NCBI GenBank assembly: GCA_012838235.1
Contig: DUPQ01000008.1
Location: 4,523-68,522 of the forward strand
Length of the DNA: 64,000 bases
DNA from: Clostridiaceae bacterium
GTDB lineage: Bacteria; Bacillota; Clostridia; DUPQ01
Direction of reading: 5' to 3'
Under the pieces are notes generated by a model. The model was not told where the DNA came from. It did not search any database and saw nothing but the letters and a program-made list of their open reading frames with translations. Position numbers and translations under genes: made by a program. This document shows, piece after piece, positions 32,300-43,786 of the stretch; positions within the stretch are counted from its first letter, which is position 1; each line of letters begins with the position of its first letter.

Positions 32300-32710
32300 A
32301 TGCCGACATTTAATCAACTGGTAACAAAAGGAAGACAGGTTTCCAAAAAGAAATCACTGTCGCCGGCTTTGCAGAAAAGCATGAATACCATAAGGAAGAG
32401 AACTACGTCAGTAGCTTGTCCTCAAAAGAGAGGAGTCTGTACGGTGGTAAAAACCAACACTCCCAAGAAGCCTAATTCAGCATTGAGGAAAATCGCAAGA
32501 GTAAGACTATCCAACGGTTATGAAGTGACAGCATATATACCGGGAATAGGACATAATCTTCAGGAACACAGTGTTGTTCTCATAAGAGGCGGAAGAGTCA
32601 AAGACTTGCCCGGCGTAAGGTATCACATTATCAGAGGAACATTGGACACCCAGGGAGTTGCTAACAGAAAACAAGGCAGATCCAAATACGGTGCAAAAAA
32701 AGGTAAATAA
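32300..32710 (+). CDS. rpsL: 30S ribosomal protein S12
   Basis: MPTFNQLV... and [10 protein letters not shown] motifs; AGGAGG RBS. Confidence 0.99.
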   Translation: MPTFNQLVTKGRQVSKKKSLSPALQKSMNTIRKRTTSVACPQKRGVCTVVKTNTPKKPNSALRKIARVRLSNGYEVTAYIPGIGHNLQEHSVVLIRGGRVKDLPGVRYHIIRGTLDTQGVANRKQGRSKYGAKKGK

Positions 32711-32724
32711 CGTACTTAGAAATA

Positions 32725-32765
32725 TCCGGTACTTAACATATATTAAAAGGTGATATGTACCCGGA
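32725..32765 (+). promoter_or_regulatory. stem-loop in the rpsL-rpsG intercistronic region
   Basis: TCCGGTAC (32725-32732) pairs with GTACCCGGA (32757-32765) with one bulged C, inside a 112-nt spacer. Confidence 0.35.
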
Positions 32766-32822
32766 CTGACAGCTGACACGGCTGAGTACCTATGAAAAAT
32801 TATTATTAAGGAGGGAAGACAA

Positions 32823-33293
32823 GTGCCAAGAAAAGGACATGTCCCAAAAAGAGAAATACTGCCCGATCCGGTATATAAGGACAAGGTGGTGGCAAAATTA
32901 ATAAACAATATAATGCTTGATGGTAAAAAAGGCGTAGCACAGAGAATATGCTATGATGCTTTTGATATTATCAAAACAAAGACGGGCAAAGATCCTCTGG
33001 AAGTCTTTAAACAGGCTTTGGAGAATATAATGCCTGCTCTTGAAGTTAAGGCAAGAAGAGTAGGAGGCGCAACATATCAGGTTCCTGTGGAAGTTCGTCC
33101 CGAGAGAAGACAGGCTCTTGCTTTGAGATGGCTTGTGCAGTTTGCAAGAAACCGCAATGAACACACTATGAAACAGCGACTTGCTGCTGAGATTATGGAT
33201 TCCGTCAACGGAGTCAGCAATACCTTCAAGAGAAAAGAAGAAATGCACAGAATGGCAGAGGCCAACAAGGCGTTTGCTCATTACAGGTGGTAA
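32823..33293 (+). CDS. rpsG: 30S ribosomal protein S7
   Basis: GTG start behind GGAGGG. (M)[15 protein letters not shown] and the rest is typical S7. Confidence 0.98.
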   Translation: MPRKGHVPKREILPDPVYKDKVVAKLINNIMLDGKKGVAQRICYDAFDIIKTKTGKDPLEVFKQALENIMPALEVKARRVGGATYQVPVEVRPERRQALALRWLVQFARNRNEHTMKQRLAAEIMDSVNGVSNTFKRKEEMHRMAEANKAFAHYRW

Positions 33294-33308
33294 TTCGGAA
33301 AGAATAAT

Positions 33309-35384
33309 ATGCCGAGAGATTATGCACTGGAATTTACCAGAAATATCGGAATAATGGCTCATATTGATGCCGGGAAAACCACAACCACCGAAAGAATTCT
33401 CTACTACACCGGAAAGCTTCACAGGATGGGAGAGGTTCATGAGGGAGCGGCAACAATGGACTGGATGGAGCAGGAGCAGGAGCGTGGTATTACCATAACT
33501 TCCGCTGCCACGACAGCCTATTGGAAAGACTACCGACTGAACATTATCGATACTCCCGGTCATGTGGATTTTACCGCCGAGGTGGAGAGAAGTCTTAGGG
33601 TGCTTGACGGTGCCGTTTCGGTTTTCTGTGCAAAAGGCGGTGTGGAACCTCAGTCGGAAACGGTATGGAGACAGGCGGACAGGTATAAGGTACCCAGAAT
33701 TGCCTATATCAATAAAATGGATACTACCGGTGCGGACTTTTTCCGTTGTGTGGAAATGATGAGGAAGCGACTCAATGCCAATCCGGTTCCCATCCAGTTA
33801 CCTATAGGTAAAGAGTCGGACTTTACGGGAATAATAGACCTTGTTAAGTTCAAAGCATATTTCTACAGGGATGATTTGGGCAATAGTATTGAGGAACTGG
33901 ATATACCTGATGATATGTTGGATAAGGCTACCGAGTATAGGATTAAACTCATTGAATCGGTATGTGATGAATCGGAATGCCTTATGGAGAAGTATCTTGA
34001 GGGAGAGGATGTGGAGGAAAGCGAAATAAAAGCAGCTTTAAGGTCGGGAACCGTCAACTTAACCATAACTCCAGTATTGTGCGGATCTTCATACAAAAAT
34101 AAAGGGGTTCAGAAACTTCTGGATGCTATTACCGATTACCTTCCGTCGCCGGTGGATGTCAGTGACATAGAAGGTGTCAGCATGCATGACCATTCCAAAG
34201 TGATAACCAAACCGTCACGGGATGATGAACCGTTTGCCGCACTGGCATTCAAAATAATGTCCGATCCGTTTGTCGGTAAAATATGCTTTTTCCGGGTATA
34301 TTCCGGGACACTGGAAACAGGTTCCTATGTACTGAATACGACCAAGGATAAAAAAGAGCGTATCGGAAGAATACTCATGATGCACTCCAACAGCAGGACC
34401 GATATCAGTAAAGTTTATTCCGGAGATATTGCCTGTGCGGTAGGCTTAAAGTTCACTGTGACGGGAGATACTCTTTGTGACCCCAAAGATCCTGTAATTT
34501 TGGAATCAATGCAGTTTCCCGAACCGGTTATATCCATAGCCGTAGAAGGCAAAGATAAAATCAATCAGGACAGAATGGCATTGGCTTTACAGAAACTTTC
34601 CGAAGAGGATCCGACCTTCAAATTCAAAACCGACAAAGATACCGGACAGGTTCTCATATCGGGAATGGGAGAGCTTCATCTGGATATTATTGTGGATAGA
34701 ATGAGAAGAGAGTTTTCCGTAGAAGCAACCAAAGGAAAGCCTCAGGTAACTTACAAGGAAACCATCACAAAACCTGCACGTGCAGAAGGAAAGTTTATAA
34801 GGCAAACGGGAGGGCACGGACAGTACGGTCATGTAGTACTGGAAGTAGCACCTTCTAAACCGGGCGAAGGGTTTACCTTTATCGATAAAACCGTAGGAGG
34901 AGTTATACCCAAAATATATATTCCGGCGGTGGAAAAAGGCATAAGAGAATCCTTGAGCAACGGTATTCAGGCTGGATATCCGATTGTAGATGTTACCGTA
35001 ACCCTTCTGGACGGTTCCTACCATGAGGTGGACTCCTCGGATATGGCTTTCATGATAGCGGGAAGCATGGGTTTCAGAGAAGCATGTATGAAGGCCGATC
35101 CCATTCTTTTAGAGCCGGTAATGCGTGTAGACATATTTGTTCCCGAAAACTGTTTGGGAGATGTGTTGGGCGACATAACGGCAAAAAGAGGAAAAATAGA
35201 GAATGTGGAAACCGGAAAAACTGAATCGGTAATCACCGCAATCGTGCCTTTGAAGGAGATGTTCGGATATGCTACCGATCTTAGATCAAATACGCAAGGA
35301 AGAGGCACATTTACCATGCAATACGACCATTTTGAGAGGATACCTGACGATTTAGCGGCAAAAATACTCAAAACGAACTATTGA
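33309..35384 (+). CDS. fusA: elongation factor G
   Basis: [17 protein letters not shown] and NKMD G-domain motifs; 691 aa; position after rpsG. Confidence 0.99.
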   Translation: MPRDYALEFTRNIGIMAHIDAGKTTTTERILYYTGKLHRMGEVHEGAATMDWMEQEQERGITITSAATTAYWKDYRLNIIDTPGHVDFTAEVERSLRVLDGAVSVFCAKGGVEPQSETVWRQADRYKVPRIAYINKMDTTGADFFRCVEMMRKRLNANPVPIQLPIGKESDFTGIIDLVKFKAYFYRDDLGNSIEELDIPDDMLDKATEYRIKLIESVCDESECLMEKYLEGEDVEESEIKAALRSGTVNLTITPVLCGSSYKNKGVQKLLDAITDYLPSPVDVSDIEGVSMHDHSKVITKPSRDDEPFAALAFKIMSDPFVGKICFFRVYSGTLETGSYVLNTTKDKKERIGRILMMHSNSRTDISKVYSGDIACAVGLKFTVTGDTLCDPKDPVILESMQFPEPVISIAVEGKDKINQDRMALALQKLSEEDPTFKFKTDKDTGQVLISGMGELHLDIIVDRMRREFSVEATKGKPQVTYKETITKPARAEGKFIRQTGGHGQYGHVVLEVAPSKPGEGFTFIDKTVGGVIPKIYIPAVEKGIRESLSNGIQAGYPIVDVTVTLLDGSYHEVDSSDMAFMIAGSMGFREACMKADPILLEPVMRVDIFVPENCLGDVLGDITAKRGKIENVETGKTESVITAIVPLKEMFGYATDLRSNTQGRGTFTMQYDHFERIPDDLAAKILKTNY

Positions 35385-35461
35385 CACAACCCGCATTCAT
35401 ATGTAGAATGTATATAAATTAATATAGAAATCAGCTCATTATAATTGGAGGAAATAATAAA

Positions 35462-36667
35462 ATGGCAAAAGCAAAATTTGAAAGAACTAAACCACATTGC
35501 AACATCGGTACTATCGGACACGTAGACCATGGCAAGACCACATTAACTGCTGCTATTACAAAGACATTGGCTTTAAGTGATAAAAATATCGTTTACAAAG
35601 CATACGAGCAGATTGACGCAGCACCTGAAGAAAAAGCAAGAGGAATCACCATTGCTACAGCTCATGTTGAGTATGAAACAAAGAACAGACACTATGCACA
35701 CGTTGACTGCCCGGGTCACGCAGACTATGTTAAGAACATGATTACAGGTGCAGCACAGATGGACGGAGCTATTCTGGTTGTTTCCGCTGCTGACGGCCCG
35801 ATGCCTCAGACAAAAGAACATATACTGCTTGCCCGTCAGGTTGGAGTTCCTTATATTGTAGTATATATGAATAAAACCGACCAGGTTGACGATCCCGAGA
35901 TTCTGGAACTTGTTGAGATGGAATTAAGAGAAATACTTAACGAGTATGAGTTCCCCGGAGATGATATTCCCATAGTCATGGGTTCCGCATTGCAGGCTTT
36001 ACAATCAACTTCCACAGATCCGAATGCACCGGAGTATGCATCAATCCTTAAACTTATGGAAACGGTTGACTCATATATTCCTACTCCGCAAAGAGATGTT
36101 GATAAGCCTTTCTTAATGCCGGTTGAGGACGTTTTCTCAATTACGGGAAGAGGAACTGTTGCAACAGGAAGAGTAGAAAGAGGAACTGTTAAAATTCAAG
36201 ATACGGTAGAGATAGTAGGACTTACGGAAAAGATTGCATCTACAGTTGTTACAGGTGTAGAAATGTTCAGAAAGATTCTGGATTTTGCACAGGCAGGTGA
36301 CAATATAGGATGTCTGTTAAGAGGAGTTCAGAGAACCGATATCGAAAGAGGACAGGTTCTTGCAAAACCCGGCTCCATCAAACCTCATACCGATTTTGTC
36401 GGACAGGTATACGTGCTGACAGCGGAAGAAGGCGGAAGACATACACCGTTCTTCACAGGTTACAGACCTCAGTTCTATTTCAGAACAACCGACGTTACCG
36501 GTGTTGCCAACCTTCCCGAAGGTGTGGAAATGGTTATGCCCGGCGACCACATTGATATGAGAATTGCTCTTATCACACCTATCGCTATGGACGAAGGCTT
36601 GAGATTCGCTATAAGAGAAGGCGGAAAGACAGTAGGCGCAGGAAGCGTTGTTAAGATAATGAAGTAA
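35462..36667 (+). CDS. tuf: elongation factor Tu
   Basis: [17 protein letters not shown] and NKTD motifs; 401 aa. Confidence 0.99.
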   Translation: MAKAKFERTKPHCNIGTIGHVDHGKTTLTAAITKTLALSDKNIVYKAYEQIDAAPEEKARGITIATAHVEYETKNRHYAHVDCPGHADYVKNMITGAAQMDGAILVVSAADGPMPQTKEHILLARQVGVPYIVVYMNKTDQVDDPEILELVEMELREILNEYEFPGDDIPIVMGSALQALQSTSTDPNAPEYASILKLMETVDSYIPTPQRDVDKPFLMPVEDVFSITGRGTVATGRVERGTVKIQDTVEIVGLTEKIASTVVTGVEMFRKILDFAQAGDNIGCLLRGVQRTDIERGQVLAKPGSIKPHTDFVGQVYVLTAEEGGRHTPFFTGYRPQFYFRTTDVTGVANLPEGVEMVMPGDHIDMRIALITPIAMDEGLRFAIREGGKTVGAGSVVKIMK

Positions 36668-36691
36668 GACTATAGCAATAGTTTACACTAT

Positions 36692-36724
36692 GGAAGCAGG
36701 TTTACACTTGCTTCCGTTTTTTTT
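36692..36724 (+). terminator. rho-independent terminator after tuf
   Basis: GGAAGCA (36692-36698) pairs with TGCTTCC (36709-36715), followed by a run of eight T (36717-36724). Confidence 0.85.
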
Positions 36725-36793
36725 AAAGCAATTTTGAATTAAAACGTATTCTTTCTTTTATTTTCTTTTGAGTTTGCCGGGACTTTTGCTACC

Positions 36794-36822
36794 TTGTCAT
36801 GCAGTTATAAAAAAGATATAAT
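36794..36822 (+). promoter_or_regulatory. sigma-A-like promoter of the GH78 gene (TTGTCA-17 nt-TATAAT)
   Basis: -35 at 36794-36799 and consensus -10 at 36817-36822, about 35 nt before ATG 36858. Confidence 0.55.
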
Positions 36823-36857
36823 TAAAAGGCAAAATAAGTAAGTCAGGAGATGAGTAA

Positions 36858-39464
36858 ATGTCTATCACTATCAAGGATTTAACAGTAAACTATCTTACCA
36901 ACCCGTTGGGAATTGATGAGATTCCGAGATTCTCATGGAAGCTTGCACAGGACGGAAGAGGTAACAAACAACGTTCATACAGAATCAAGGTCATGACGGG
37001 GAGCAAGGTGGTATGGGATTCGCGAAATGTCAGAAGCAATGAATCCGTACTTATCGAGTATAAAGGTAAGAAACTGCTGCCGAGGACCACATATCGCTGG
37101 AATGTAAGTGTAACCGACAAAAAAGGTGAAAGAGCACAAAGTGAAGATTCTTTTTTTGATACGGGTAAACTGGAAGAAGAGTGGGTCGGCAAATATATAC
37201 AAGCAGGATACAGAGTGCCCAGAGAACTTGCGGCTTCTTCTCCTTACTTAAGGAAAAGGTTTGATATTACAGAAGATTTTTCCAAAGCCATGCTCTATAT
37301 AACCGGAGCAGGTTTCTTTGAACCCTATATTAACGGTAAAAAGATAAATGACCATATTATGGATCCGCCTTTTACCGCATATGACAGAACTCTTCTGTAC
37401 TACACTTTCAATGTAACGGAATACTTACGTAAGGGCTCCAATATGCTGGGTGTTATTTTAGGAAACGGATTCTTCAATTATCCTACAATTGATCAGTGGA
37501 ATACCCATGCCGCTTCCTGGAAGGGCAGTCCTAAGATGATATGCGAACTGTATATCACCACCAAGAATAATAAGCAGATATGTATTCCTTCGGATATTAC
37601 GTGGGAAAGCCATATGAGTCCCATTACCTTTAACAGTTTAAGAAACGGAGAGTTCTATGATGCGAGGTTGGAAATACCTGCCTGGTGCGAACCTGATGCA
37701 TTAGTTGATGATTGGGTAAATGTAAGTATATCACGCGATCCGGGAGGATTACTCAAAGCAAATGAAATGCCTTCGGTGAAAGTTGACAGAGAATATCCGG
37801 CAATCAGTGTTAAGAATGTAGCCAAAAACACATATCTGTTTGATTTCGGACAGAACATGGCGGGATTTGTCAGAATAAAAGTAACAGGTCCCAAAGGCAC
37901 CGAGTTTGTCATAAAGATGAATGAAAAACTTAAAGATGACGGCACATTGGATACTGTCTATAACAGCGGTTTCACAAAGACGGGTGAATTCCAGACGGAT
38001 AAGTATATTAAAAAGGGTGACGGAGAGGAAACCTGGCAACCCAGATTCGTATACCACGGTTTCAGATATGCACAAATAGAAGGATTTACAAGCCAGCCGG
38101 ATTTGTCGAGTGCAACCGCTATATTCCTTCATACCGCAGTAAAGGAAATAGGACAGTTCTCCTGTTCCGACGACATTATAAATCAGATTCAGAAGAATAC
38201 CAGAATGGCCACCTATTCCAACATGTACGGTTTATTGACCGATTCGCCTCACAGAGAGAAGAACGCATGGACAGGAGATACCAATGTGTCCACCGAGCAG
38301 ATTCTCTTCAACTATATGTCCGGTCCCTTGTGGATGAAGTGGCTTAACGATATTAAAGATTCCATGAAGGCAAAGGGAAATATACCCTGTATGGTACCGA
38401 CCGGAGGATGGGGATATAACTGGGGGAACGGACCGGACTACTCTTCCGTACTGACATGGCTTCCCGACAGTATGTATACATATTACGCGGATAAATATGT
38501 AATACGCAAATACTATCAGTACATGAAGAGAAACATGAAATACATGCTTTCCATGATGCAGAACGATGTATGCGTCAATGACTACGGGGTGGGCGACTGG
38601 TGTGCACCTTTTGAAGGACCGGCTATTTCAGTCAATATGTCGTCATTTAAAGCACCTATCGATTTAACCGATACGGCATGTATGTATACCATGGCCAATG
38701 TACTGGAGAAATTTGCAAAATTGTTAGGACACCGTGACGATGCAAAGGAATTCAATAAAACCGCAAAGAAGATTAAAGCAGGTTTCAGAAAAACTTTTTA
38801 TGACCCTCAGACAGGCAGGCTTAAAGGAGACGGACAGACCTGTTATGCCGCAATGCTTTATCATAACCTTTATGAAGGTAATAAGGAATACGACCTTATT
38901 TACAGTCATCTCATAAGAACTATTAACGAGGCCGACGGACATCTGGATTACGGCATACTGGGTAATAAGTATGTGAACAATATATTAGGAAGACAAGGCC
39001 GTGCCGATTTGATATATTCCATGATTACTAAAGATACGTTCCCGAGTTATGCACATGAAATTAAAGAATTAGGTGCAACAACTCTCTATGAGACATGGAA
39101 CGGAGAAGGTTCCAGAAATCATCACATGTTCGGTGACATATCCGCTACATTCTTCAAATATTTTGCAGGCATAAGGCCCGATCCCGACTATCCGGGTTTC
39201 AAGAAATTTACCATTGCTCCGGCATTTAATACTCCGCTGGTAAATGTAGATGCGGTTTTTGAAAGTATGTACGGAACAATACGTTCATCATACGTCAAAG
39301 AGGGTAAAGTAATATCCATGGAGATTGAGATTCCTACCAATACAAGTGCGGTTCTTCAAACGGGAGCAGGTATGGAGATATATGAAGACAACAATCTCTT
39401 AGGTAAAGAATATCTGGAGCTGGAGTCCGGAAAATACAAGCTGGAGATAAGAAAGACTGTATAA
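36858..39464 (+). CDS. alpha-L-rhamnosidase (GH78)
   Basis: Hallmark N-terminus LTVNYLTNPLGIDEIPRFSWKL; 868 aa with the expected beta-sandwich and six-hairpin length. No signal peptide. Confidence 0.88.
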   Translation: MSITIKDLTVNYLTNPLGIDEIPRFSWKLAQDGRGNKQRSYRIKVMTGSKVVWDSRNVRSNESVLIEYKGKKLLPRTTYRWNVSVTDKKGERAQSEDSFFDTGKLEEEWVGKYIQAGYRVPRELAASSPYLRKRFDITEDFSKAMLYITGAGFFEPYINGKKINDHIMDPPFTAYDRTLLYYTFNVTEYLRKGSNMLGVILGNGFFNYPTIDQWNTHAASWKGSPKMICELYITTKNNKQICIPSDITWESHMSPITFNSLRNGEFYDARLEIPAWCEPDALVDDWVNVSISRDPGGLLKANEMPSVKVDREYPAISVKNVAKNTYLFDFGQNMAGFVRIKVTGPKGTEFVIKMNEKLKDDGTLDTVYNSGFTKTGEFQTDKYIKKGDGEETWQPRFVYHGFRYAQIEGFTSQPDLSSATAIFLHTAVKEIGQFSCSDDIINQIQKNTRMATYSNMYGLLTDSPHREKNAWTGDTNVSTEQILFNYMSGPLWMKWLNDIKDSMKAKGNIPCMVPTGGWGYNWGNGPDYSSVLTWLPDSMYTYYADKYVIRKYYQYMKRNMKYMLSMMQNDVCVNDYGVGDWCAPFEGPAISVNMSSFKAPIDLTDTACMYTMANVLEKFAKLLGHRDDAKEFNKTAKKIKAGFRKTFYDPQTGRLKGDGQTCYAAMLYHNLYEGNKEYDLIYSHLIRTINEADGHLDYGILGNKYVNNILGRQGRADLIYSMITKDTFPSYAHEIKELGATTLYETWNGEGSRNHHMFGDISATFFKYFAGIRPDPDYPGFKKFTIAPAFNTPLVNVDAVFESMYGTIRSSYVKEGKVISMEIEIPTNTSAVLQTGAGMEIYEDNNLLGKEYLELESGKYKLEIRKTV

Positions 39465-39488
39465 CTAAAATACATTTCAAACAGATTA

Positions 39489-39530
39489 ACAACACTGCAC
39501 CGAAACAAAAGTGCAGTGTTGTGTTTGTCT
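39489..39530 (+). terminator. rho-independent terminator after the GH78 gene
   Basis: 12-bp stem ACAACACTGCAC / GTGCAGTGTTGT with a 10-nt loop, then GTTTGTCT. Confidence 0.7.
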
Positions 39531-39641
39531 ATAGCAAAAAGCTTTTTCAGATTCGAATAAAGTATATGAAACGGGACAGTCTGCTTGTGTAGGAATGTGC
39601 AGACATAATATGTAATAATTCAGGGTATTTGTTTAATTTTA

Positions 39642-39670
39642 TTGATTTAACAAGTACCATATGTTATTAT
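39642..39670 (+). promoter_or_regulatory. sigma-A-like promoter of tig (TTGATT-17 nt-TATTAT)
   Basis: -35 at 39642-39647 and -10 at 39665-39670, about 32 nt before ATG 39703. Confidence 0.5.
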
Positions 39671-39702
39671 AAACTGCGACGCAAAGAAGGCGGAGGTATG
39701 TA

Positions 39703-41118
39703 ATGGAAAGCAAAATAGTAAAAAAAGAAGGCTATAAAGTGGAAATGGAGATTGCTCTTACAAAAGAGGAATTTGACGGATATATTACAAAGGCATATAA
39801 CAAAGACAAGAATAAGTATACGATACAGGGTTTCAGGAAGGGGAAAGCTCCTCAGTATTTGATTGAAAGAATTTATGGGAAAGGTATTTTTTATGATACA
39901 GCGGTGGATATGGCTTTGAATGCGGAATATCCCAAAGCAATAGATAATCTCAAATTGGATGTAGTGGATTATCCGCATGTGGATTTAAAAGATATGGATG
40001 AAGAAAACGGCATTACCTTCTCTATTAACGTGGATGTCAAACCCGATGTGGAATTGGGTAAATACAAAGGTGTTGAGATAAAGAAAGCGGAAGTTGAAGT
40101 AAGTGATAAAGATGTTGAAGATGCCCTCAACAGAGAAGCAGATAAGAACTCCCGTATGATCGGTATTGAAGATCGTCCCGTACAGGATGGAGATACCGTA
40201 ATCATTGATTACGAAGGATTTGTTGACAATGTTGCTTTTGAAGGCGGAACGGCGGAAAAACAACAGTTGGTAATAGGTTCAAAAACATTTATACCGGGAT
40301 TTGAAGAGCAGATTATCGGGCACAACATTAATGATGAGTTTGATGTCAATGTCAAGTTTCCCGATGAGTATCATGCGGAGGAATTAAAAGGCAAGCAAGC
40401 TGTTTTCAAGGTAGTACTTCATGAGATAAAAGTCAAGGAATTGCCGGTTATTGATGATGAGTTTATAAAAGACATAAGCGAATACGATACGGTTGAGCAG
40501 TATAAGGAAGAAACAAAAAAGAAAATGCTGGAAGAAAGACAGAAAAGAGCGGAAGATTCCATGCGTTCGGCAGCACTTGCAACCGCATGCAAAAATGCTA
40601 AGGTTGATATACCAAATGCCATGATAGAAAGGGCGACCGACAATATTATTGACAATATGAGGATGGAAATGCAATACAGCGGATATACGTTGGAGCAATA
40701 TCTGGAATATACCGGAATGAAGATGGAAGATATCCGCAGTCAGTATAAGGAACAGGCAGGAATGATGGTAGTTCGCGATCTGGTAGTGGAAGCGATTAAG
40801 AATGTTGAAAACATTCAGGTTACCGACGAAGAAATTGAAGAGCTGCTTAATAAAGATGCGGAAACATACAAGATGGAACCGGACCGGATAAAGCAAGCCA
40901 TAGGCGATTATAAGCAATACTATACCGATAAAATAGCAAGCGATAAAGTTGTGGATTTAATATATTCCTCAGCAAAGAAAGTTAAAGAAGTTAAAGAAGA
41001 TAAAAAAGATAAAGAAGTTAAAGAGAAAAAGAGCGTAGATAAAAAAAAGAAACAGGACGAGGAACCCGAAAAGAAAGCGGCTCCCAAGAAGACCGCGGAA
41101 GATAAGTCGGAAAAGTAA
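39703..41118 (+). CDS. tig: trigger factor (with ~45-aa Lys/Glu-rich C-terminal extension)
   Basis: Ribosome-binding signature GFRKGKAP and a central FKBP-type PPIase. At 471 aa it is longer than the usual ~430 aa. Confidence 0.96.
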   Translation: MESKIVKKEGYKVEMEIALTKEEFDGYITKAYNKDKNKYTIQGFRKGKAPQYLIERIYGKGIFYDTAVDMALNAEYPKAIDNLKLDVVDYPHVDLKDMDEENGITFSINVDVKPDVELGKYKGVEIKKAEVEVSDKDVEDALNREADKNSRMIGIEDRPVQDGDTVIIDYEGFVDNVAFEGGTAEKQQLVIGSKTFIPGFEEQIIGHNINDEFDVNVKFPDEYHAEELKGKQAVFKVVLHEIKVKELPVIDDEFIKDISEYDTVEQYKEETKKKMLEERQKRAEDSMRSAALATACKNAKVDIPNAMIERATDNIIDNMRMEMQYSGYTLEQYLEYTGMKMEDIRSQYKEQAGMMVVRDLVVEAIKNVENIQVTDEEIEELLNKDAETYKMEPDRIKQAIGDYKQYYTDKIASDKVVDLIYSSAKKVKEVKEDKKDKEVKEKKSVDKKKKQDEEPEKKAAPKKTAEDKSEK

Positions 41119-41141
41119 TAGCCGACAAGGAAGGATAAGTG

Positions 41142-41723
41142 ATGAATACCATACCATATGTAATTGAACAGACCAGCAGAGGAGAGAGGTCATATGACAT
41201 TTTTTCCAGACTGCTGAAGGACAGGATAGTATTCTTGGGAAGTGAGGTCAATGATATTGCAGCAAGCCTTATAATAGCCCAGATGCTGTTCTTAGAACAT
41301 GAAGATCCGGAAAAAGATATAAAGCTGTACATTAACAGCCCGGGCGGATCGGTTACATCGGGATTGGCGATTTACGATACCATGCAACTTGTTAAATGCG
41401 ATGTTTCCACAATGTGTGTAGGATTGGCAGCTTCCATGGGAGCGTTTCTGCTTGCGGCAGGTACCAAAGGGAAGAGATATGCTCTGCCCAACAGCCAGAT
41501 AATGATACATCAGCCGTCCGGAGGAATACAGGGGCAGGCAACCGATATACGCCTTCATACCGATTGGCTGTTGAAAGTAAAGGATAATCTCAACAGGATA
41601 TTGGCGGAAAAAACCGGGCAACCCTTAGAACAGATAGCAAAGGATGTTGAAAGGGACTACTTCATGTCATCAGCCGATGCAAAACAATACGGCATAATTG
41701 ATGAAGTACTGAATAAGAGATAG
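41142..41723 (+). CDS. clpP: ATP-dependent Clp protease proteolytic subunit
   Basis: Catalytic Ser in [11 protein letters not shown] and His in [11 protein letters not shown] 41142 (GTG 41139 also possible) behind AAGGAAGGA. Confidence 0.98.
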   Translation: MNTIPYVIEQTSRGERSYDIFSRLLKDRIVFLGSEVNDIAASLIIAQMLFLEHEDPEKDIKLYINSPGGSVTSGLAIYDTMQLVKCDVSTMCVGLAASMGAFLLAAGTKGKRYALPNSQIMIHQPSGGIQGQATDIRLHTDWLLKVKDNLNRILAEKTGQPLEQIAKDVERDYFMSSADAKQYGIIDEVLNKR

Positions 41724-41732
41724 GAGAATTGA

Positions 41733-43004
41733 ATGTCAGACGAAATAAAGAAGATCAGATGCTCTTTTTGCGGTAAATCCGAAGACAGGGTTCAGAGACT
41801 TATCTCCGGTCCCGGTGTCTATATATGCAATGAGTGTGTGGATTTATGTTCCGATCTTCTTGATACTGAACTGGGATATGATGATGAAGAGGAAGAGGTA
41901 ACGGAAACGGTTATAGATGAAGTTCCTCATCCCGAAGAGATTAAAAGACAACTGGATACCTATCTGATAGGGCAGGATGATGCAAAAAAGGCCATATCCG
42001 TAGCGGTATACAATCACTATAAAAGGATAAGTTACAATGTTGCTCATGAGCCTGATGATGTGGAAATTCAAAAAAGCAACATACTTATGTTGGGTCCTAC
42101 AGGTACGGGCAAAACCTACATGGCACAGACTCTTGCCAAGATACTCAATGTCCCCATAGCCATCTCCGATGCTACAACGCTTACCGAAGCCGGTTATGTG
42201 GGAGATGATGTGGAAAACATATTATTAAGACTTATACAGGCCGCGGACTATAACCTGCAAAGAGCTCAAAGGGGAATTGTTTACATAGACGAAGTGGACA
42301 AAATAGCCAGAAGAGGCGATAACCCTTCAATAACCAGAGATGTTTCTGGTGAGGGAGTACAGCAGGCATTATTGAAGATACTGGAAGGGACTGTAGCCAA
42401 TGTACCTCCTCAGGGAGGAAGGAAGCATCCGACACAGGAATATATACAGATAGATACTACCAATATACTGTTCATATGCGGCGGAGCATTCCAGGGTATA
42501 GATGAGATAATATTGAACAGATTGGGTAAAAGAGCAATAGGTTTCGGAGCGGAAATTCATAAAACAAACAGTGTGGAAAAAGACAGGATTTTGAAACATA
42601 TTGAAACGCAGGACTTGTTGAAATACGGACTTATTCCCGAATTCGTAGGCAGATTGCCGGTTATCGTTACGCTGGAACAGCTTACTGAAGATATTCTTGT
42701 TTCTATACTGAAGGAACCTAAAAATGCCTTGGTAAAACAGTATAAAAAGATATTGGAAATGGACGGTTGCGAGCTGGTATTCGAAGAAAAGGCATTACGT
42801 GCCATAGCTAAGAAGACTTTGGAGCGAAAGAGCGGAGCGCGCGGATTGCGGTCCATTATAGAATCGGCACTTATGGAAGTAATGTATTCGGTTCCGTCGG
42901 ACCCGTCCATTGTAAAGTGTATAGTGGAGGAAAGTACCATATTGAACAATACACCTCCCAAATTAGTGTATAAAGGTAATCTTTTGGAAGAAAATGTGTC
43001 ATGA
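41733..43004 (+). CDS. clpX: ATP-dependent Clp protease ATP-binding subunit ClpX
   Basis: N-terminal zinc finger CSFCGK...CNEC, Walker A GPTGTGKT, Walker [10 protein letters not shown]. Confidence 0.98.
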   Translation: MSDEIKKIRCSFCGKSEDRVQRLISGPGVYICNECVDLCSDLLDTELGYDDEEEEVTETVIDEVPHPEEIKRQLDTYLIGQDDAKKAISVAVYNHYKRISYNVAHEPDDVEIQKSNILMLGPTGTGKTYMAQTLAKILNVPIAISDATTLTEAGYVGDDVENILLRLIQAADYNLQRAQRGIVYIDEVDKIARRGDNPSITRDVSGEGVQQALLKILEGTVANVPPQGGRKHPTQEYIQIDTTNILFICGGAFQGIDEIILNRLGKRAIGFGAEIHKTNSVEKDRILKHIETQDLLKYGLIPEFVGRLPVIVTLEQLTEDILVSILKEPKNALVKQYKKILEMDGCELVFEEKALRAIAKKTLERKSGARGLRSIIESALMEVMYSVPSDPSIVKCIVEESTILNNTPPKLVYKGNLLEENVS

Positions 43005-43786
43005 CTATCTGGCAAGCAATTCTATTAGGAATAATTCAGGGTTTAACGGAATTTCTTCCGGTATCCAGTTCCGGTCATTTAGTGCTGTTTGAAAAGATAC
43101 TGGGTATAGAAACACCCACTCTTACATTTAATATAGCCGTGCATTTTGCAACATTGGTAGCGGTCTGTGTCGTGTTTTGGAAAGATATTATTGAGTTGGT
43201 TAAGAAACCTGTTCAGAAACTCACATTATGGCTGATAATAGCTACAATTCCTGCGGCTTTGGCGGGTGTTCTGTTTAACGACTTTTTTGAAGGATTAAAT
43301 GACAGCGGGGCTACTCTGGGTATAGGGTTTTTAATAACCGCGGTTTTACTGATAGTGTCCTCCGTATTAAAACCCGGAACGGTAGAGAAAGAAAATATGA
43401 AATGGTATGATGCCCTGATTATCGGGGTTATACAGATGGTGGCGATTGTACCGGGAATCTCCAGGTCGGGCTCCACTCTTACGGGCGGATTATTCAGGAA
43501 ACTTAAAAAAGAAGATGCTGTTAAATTTTCTTTTTTACTTTCAATACCTGTAATACTGGGCGGATTTATTCTGGAAATATATGGTGCTATTAAGGTCGGA
43601 TTGGGAAATATCGAAGTGTTGCCGATTATTGTAGGCATGATATTTGCAGGAGTATCGGGATTCTTTGCCATTAAGCTTTTTGTTAAAACGGTTTTAAAAG
43701 GTAAAATACTCTACTTTGCATACTATGTTGCCGCTTTAGGCATTTTCTGTATATTGGACCAGTTCATATTTCATATAGTGTTATGA
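43001..43786 (+). CDS. uppP: undecaprenyl-diphosphate phosphatase
   Basis: BacA/UppP motifs [10 protein letters not shown] and PGISRSGST; polytopic membrane protein. Confidence 0.93.
   Translation: MTIWQAILLGIIQGLTEFLPVSSSGHLVLFEKILGIETPTLTFNIAVHFATLVAVCVVFWKDIIELVKKPVQKLTLWLIIATIPAALAGVLFNDFFEGLNDSGATLGIGFLITAVLLIVSSVLKPGTVEKENMKWYDALIIGVIQMVAIVPGISRSGSTLTGGLFRKLKKEDAVKFSFLLSIPVILGGFILEIYGAIKVGLGNIEVLPIIVGMIFAGVSGFFAIKLFVKTVLKGKILYFAYYVAALGIFCILDQFIFHIVL

Noticed and set aside
32898-33563. 221-aa minus-strand ORF spanning the rpsG-fusA junction
   Set aside because: It is antisense to two universally conserved genes and crosses their intergenic region, so it is an artefact of codon bias.
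41041-41048. A8 homopolymer in the tig 3' end as a programmed frameshift or phase-variation site
   Set aside because: The reading frame is intact through the tract and continues to a normal stop. There is no alternative-frame ORF of note, so I mention it only as a potential length-variation hotspot.
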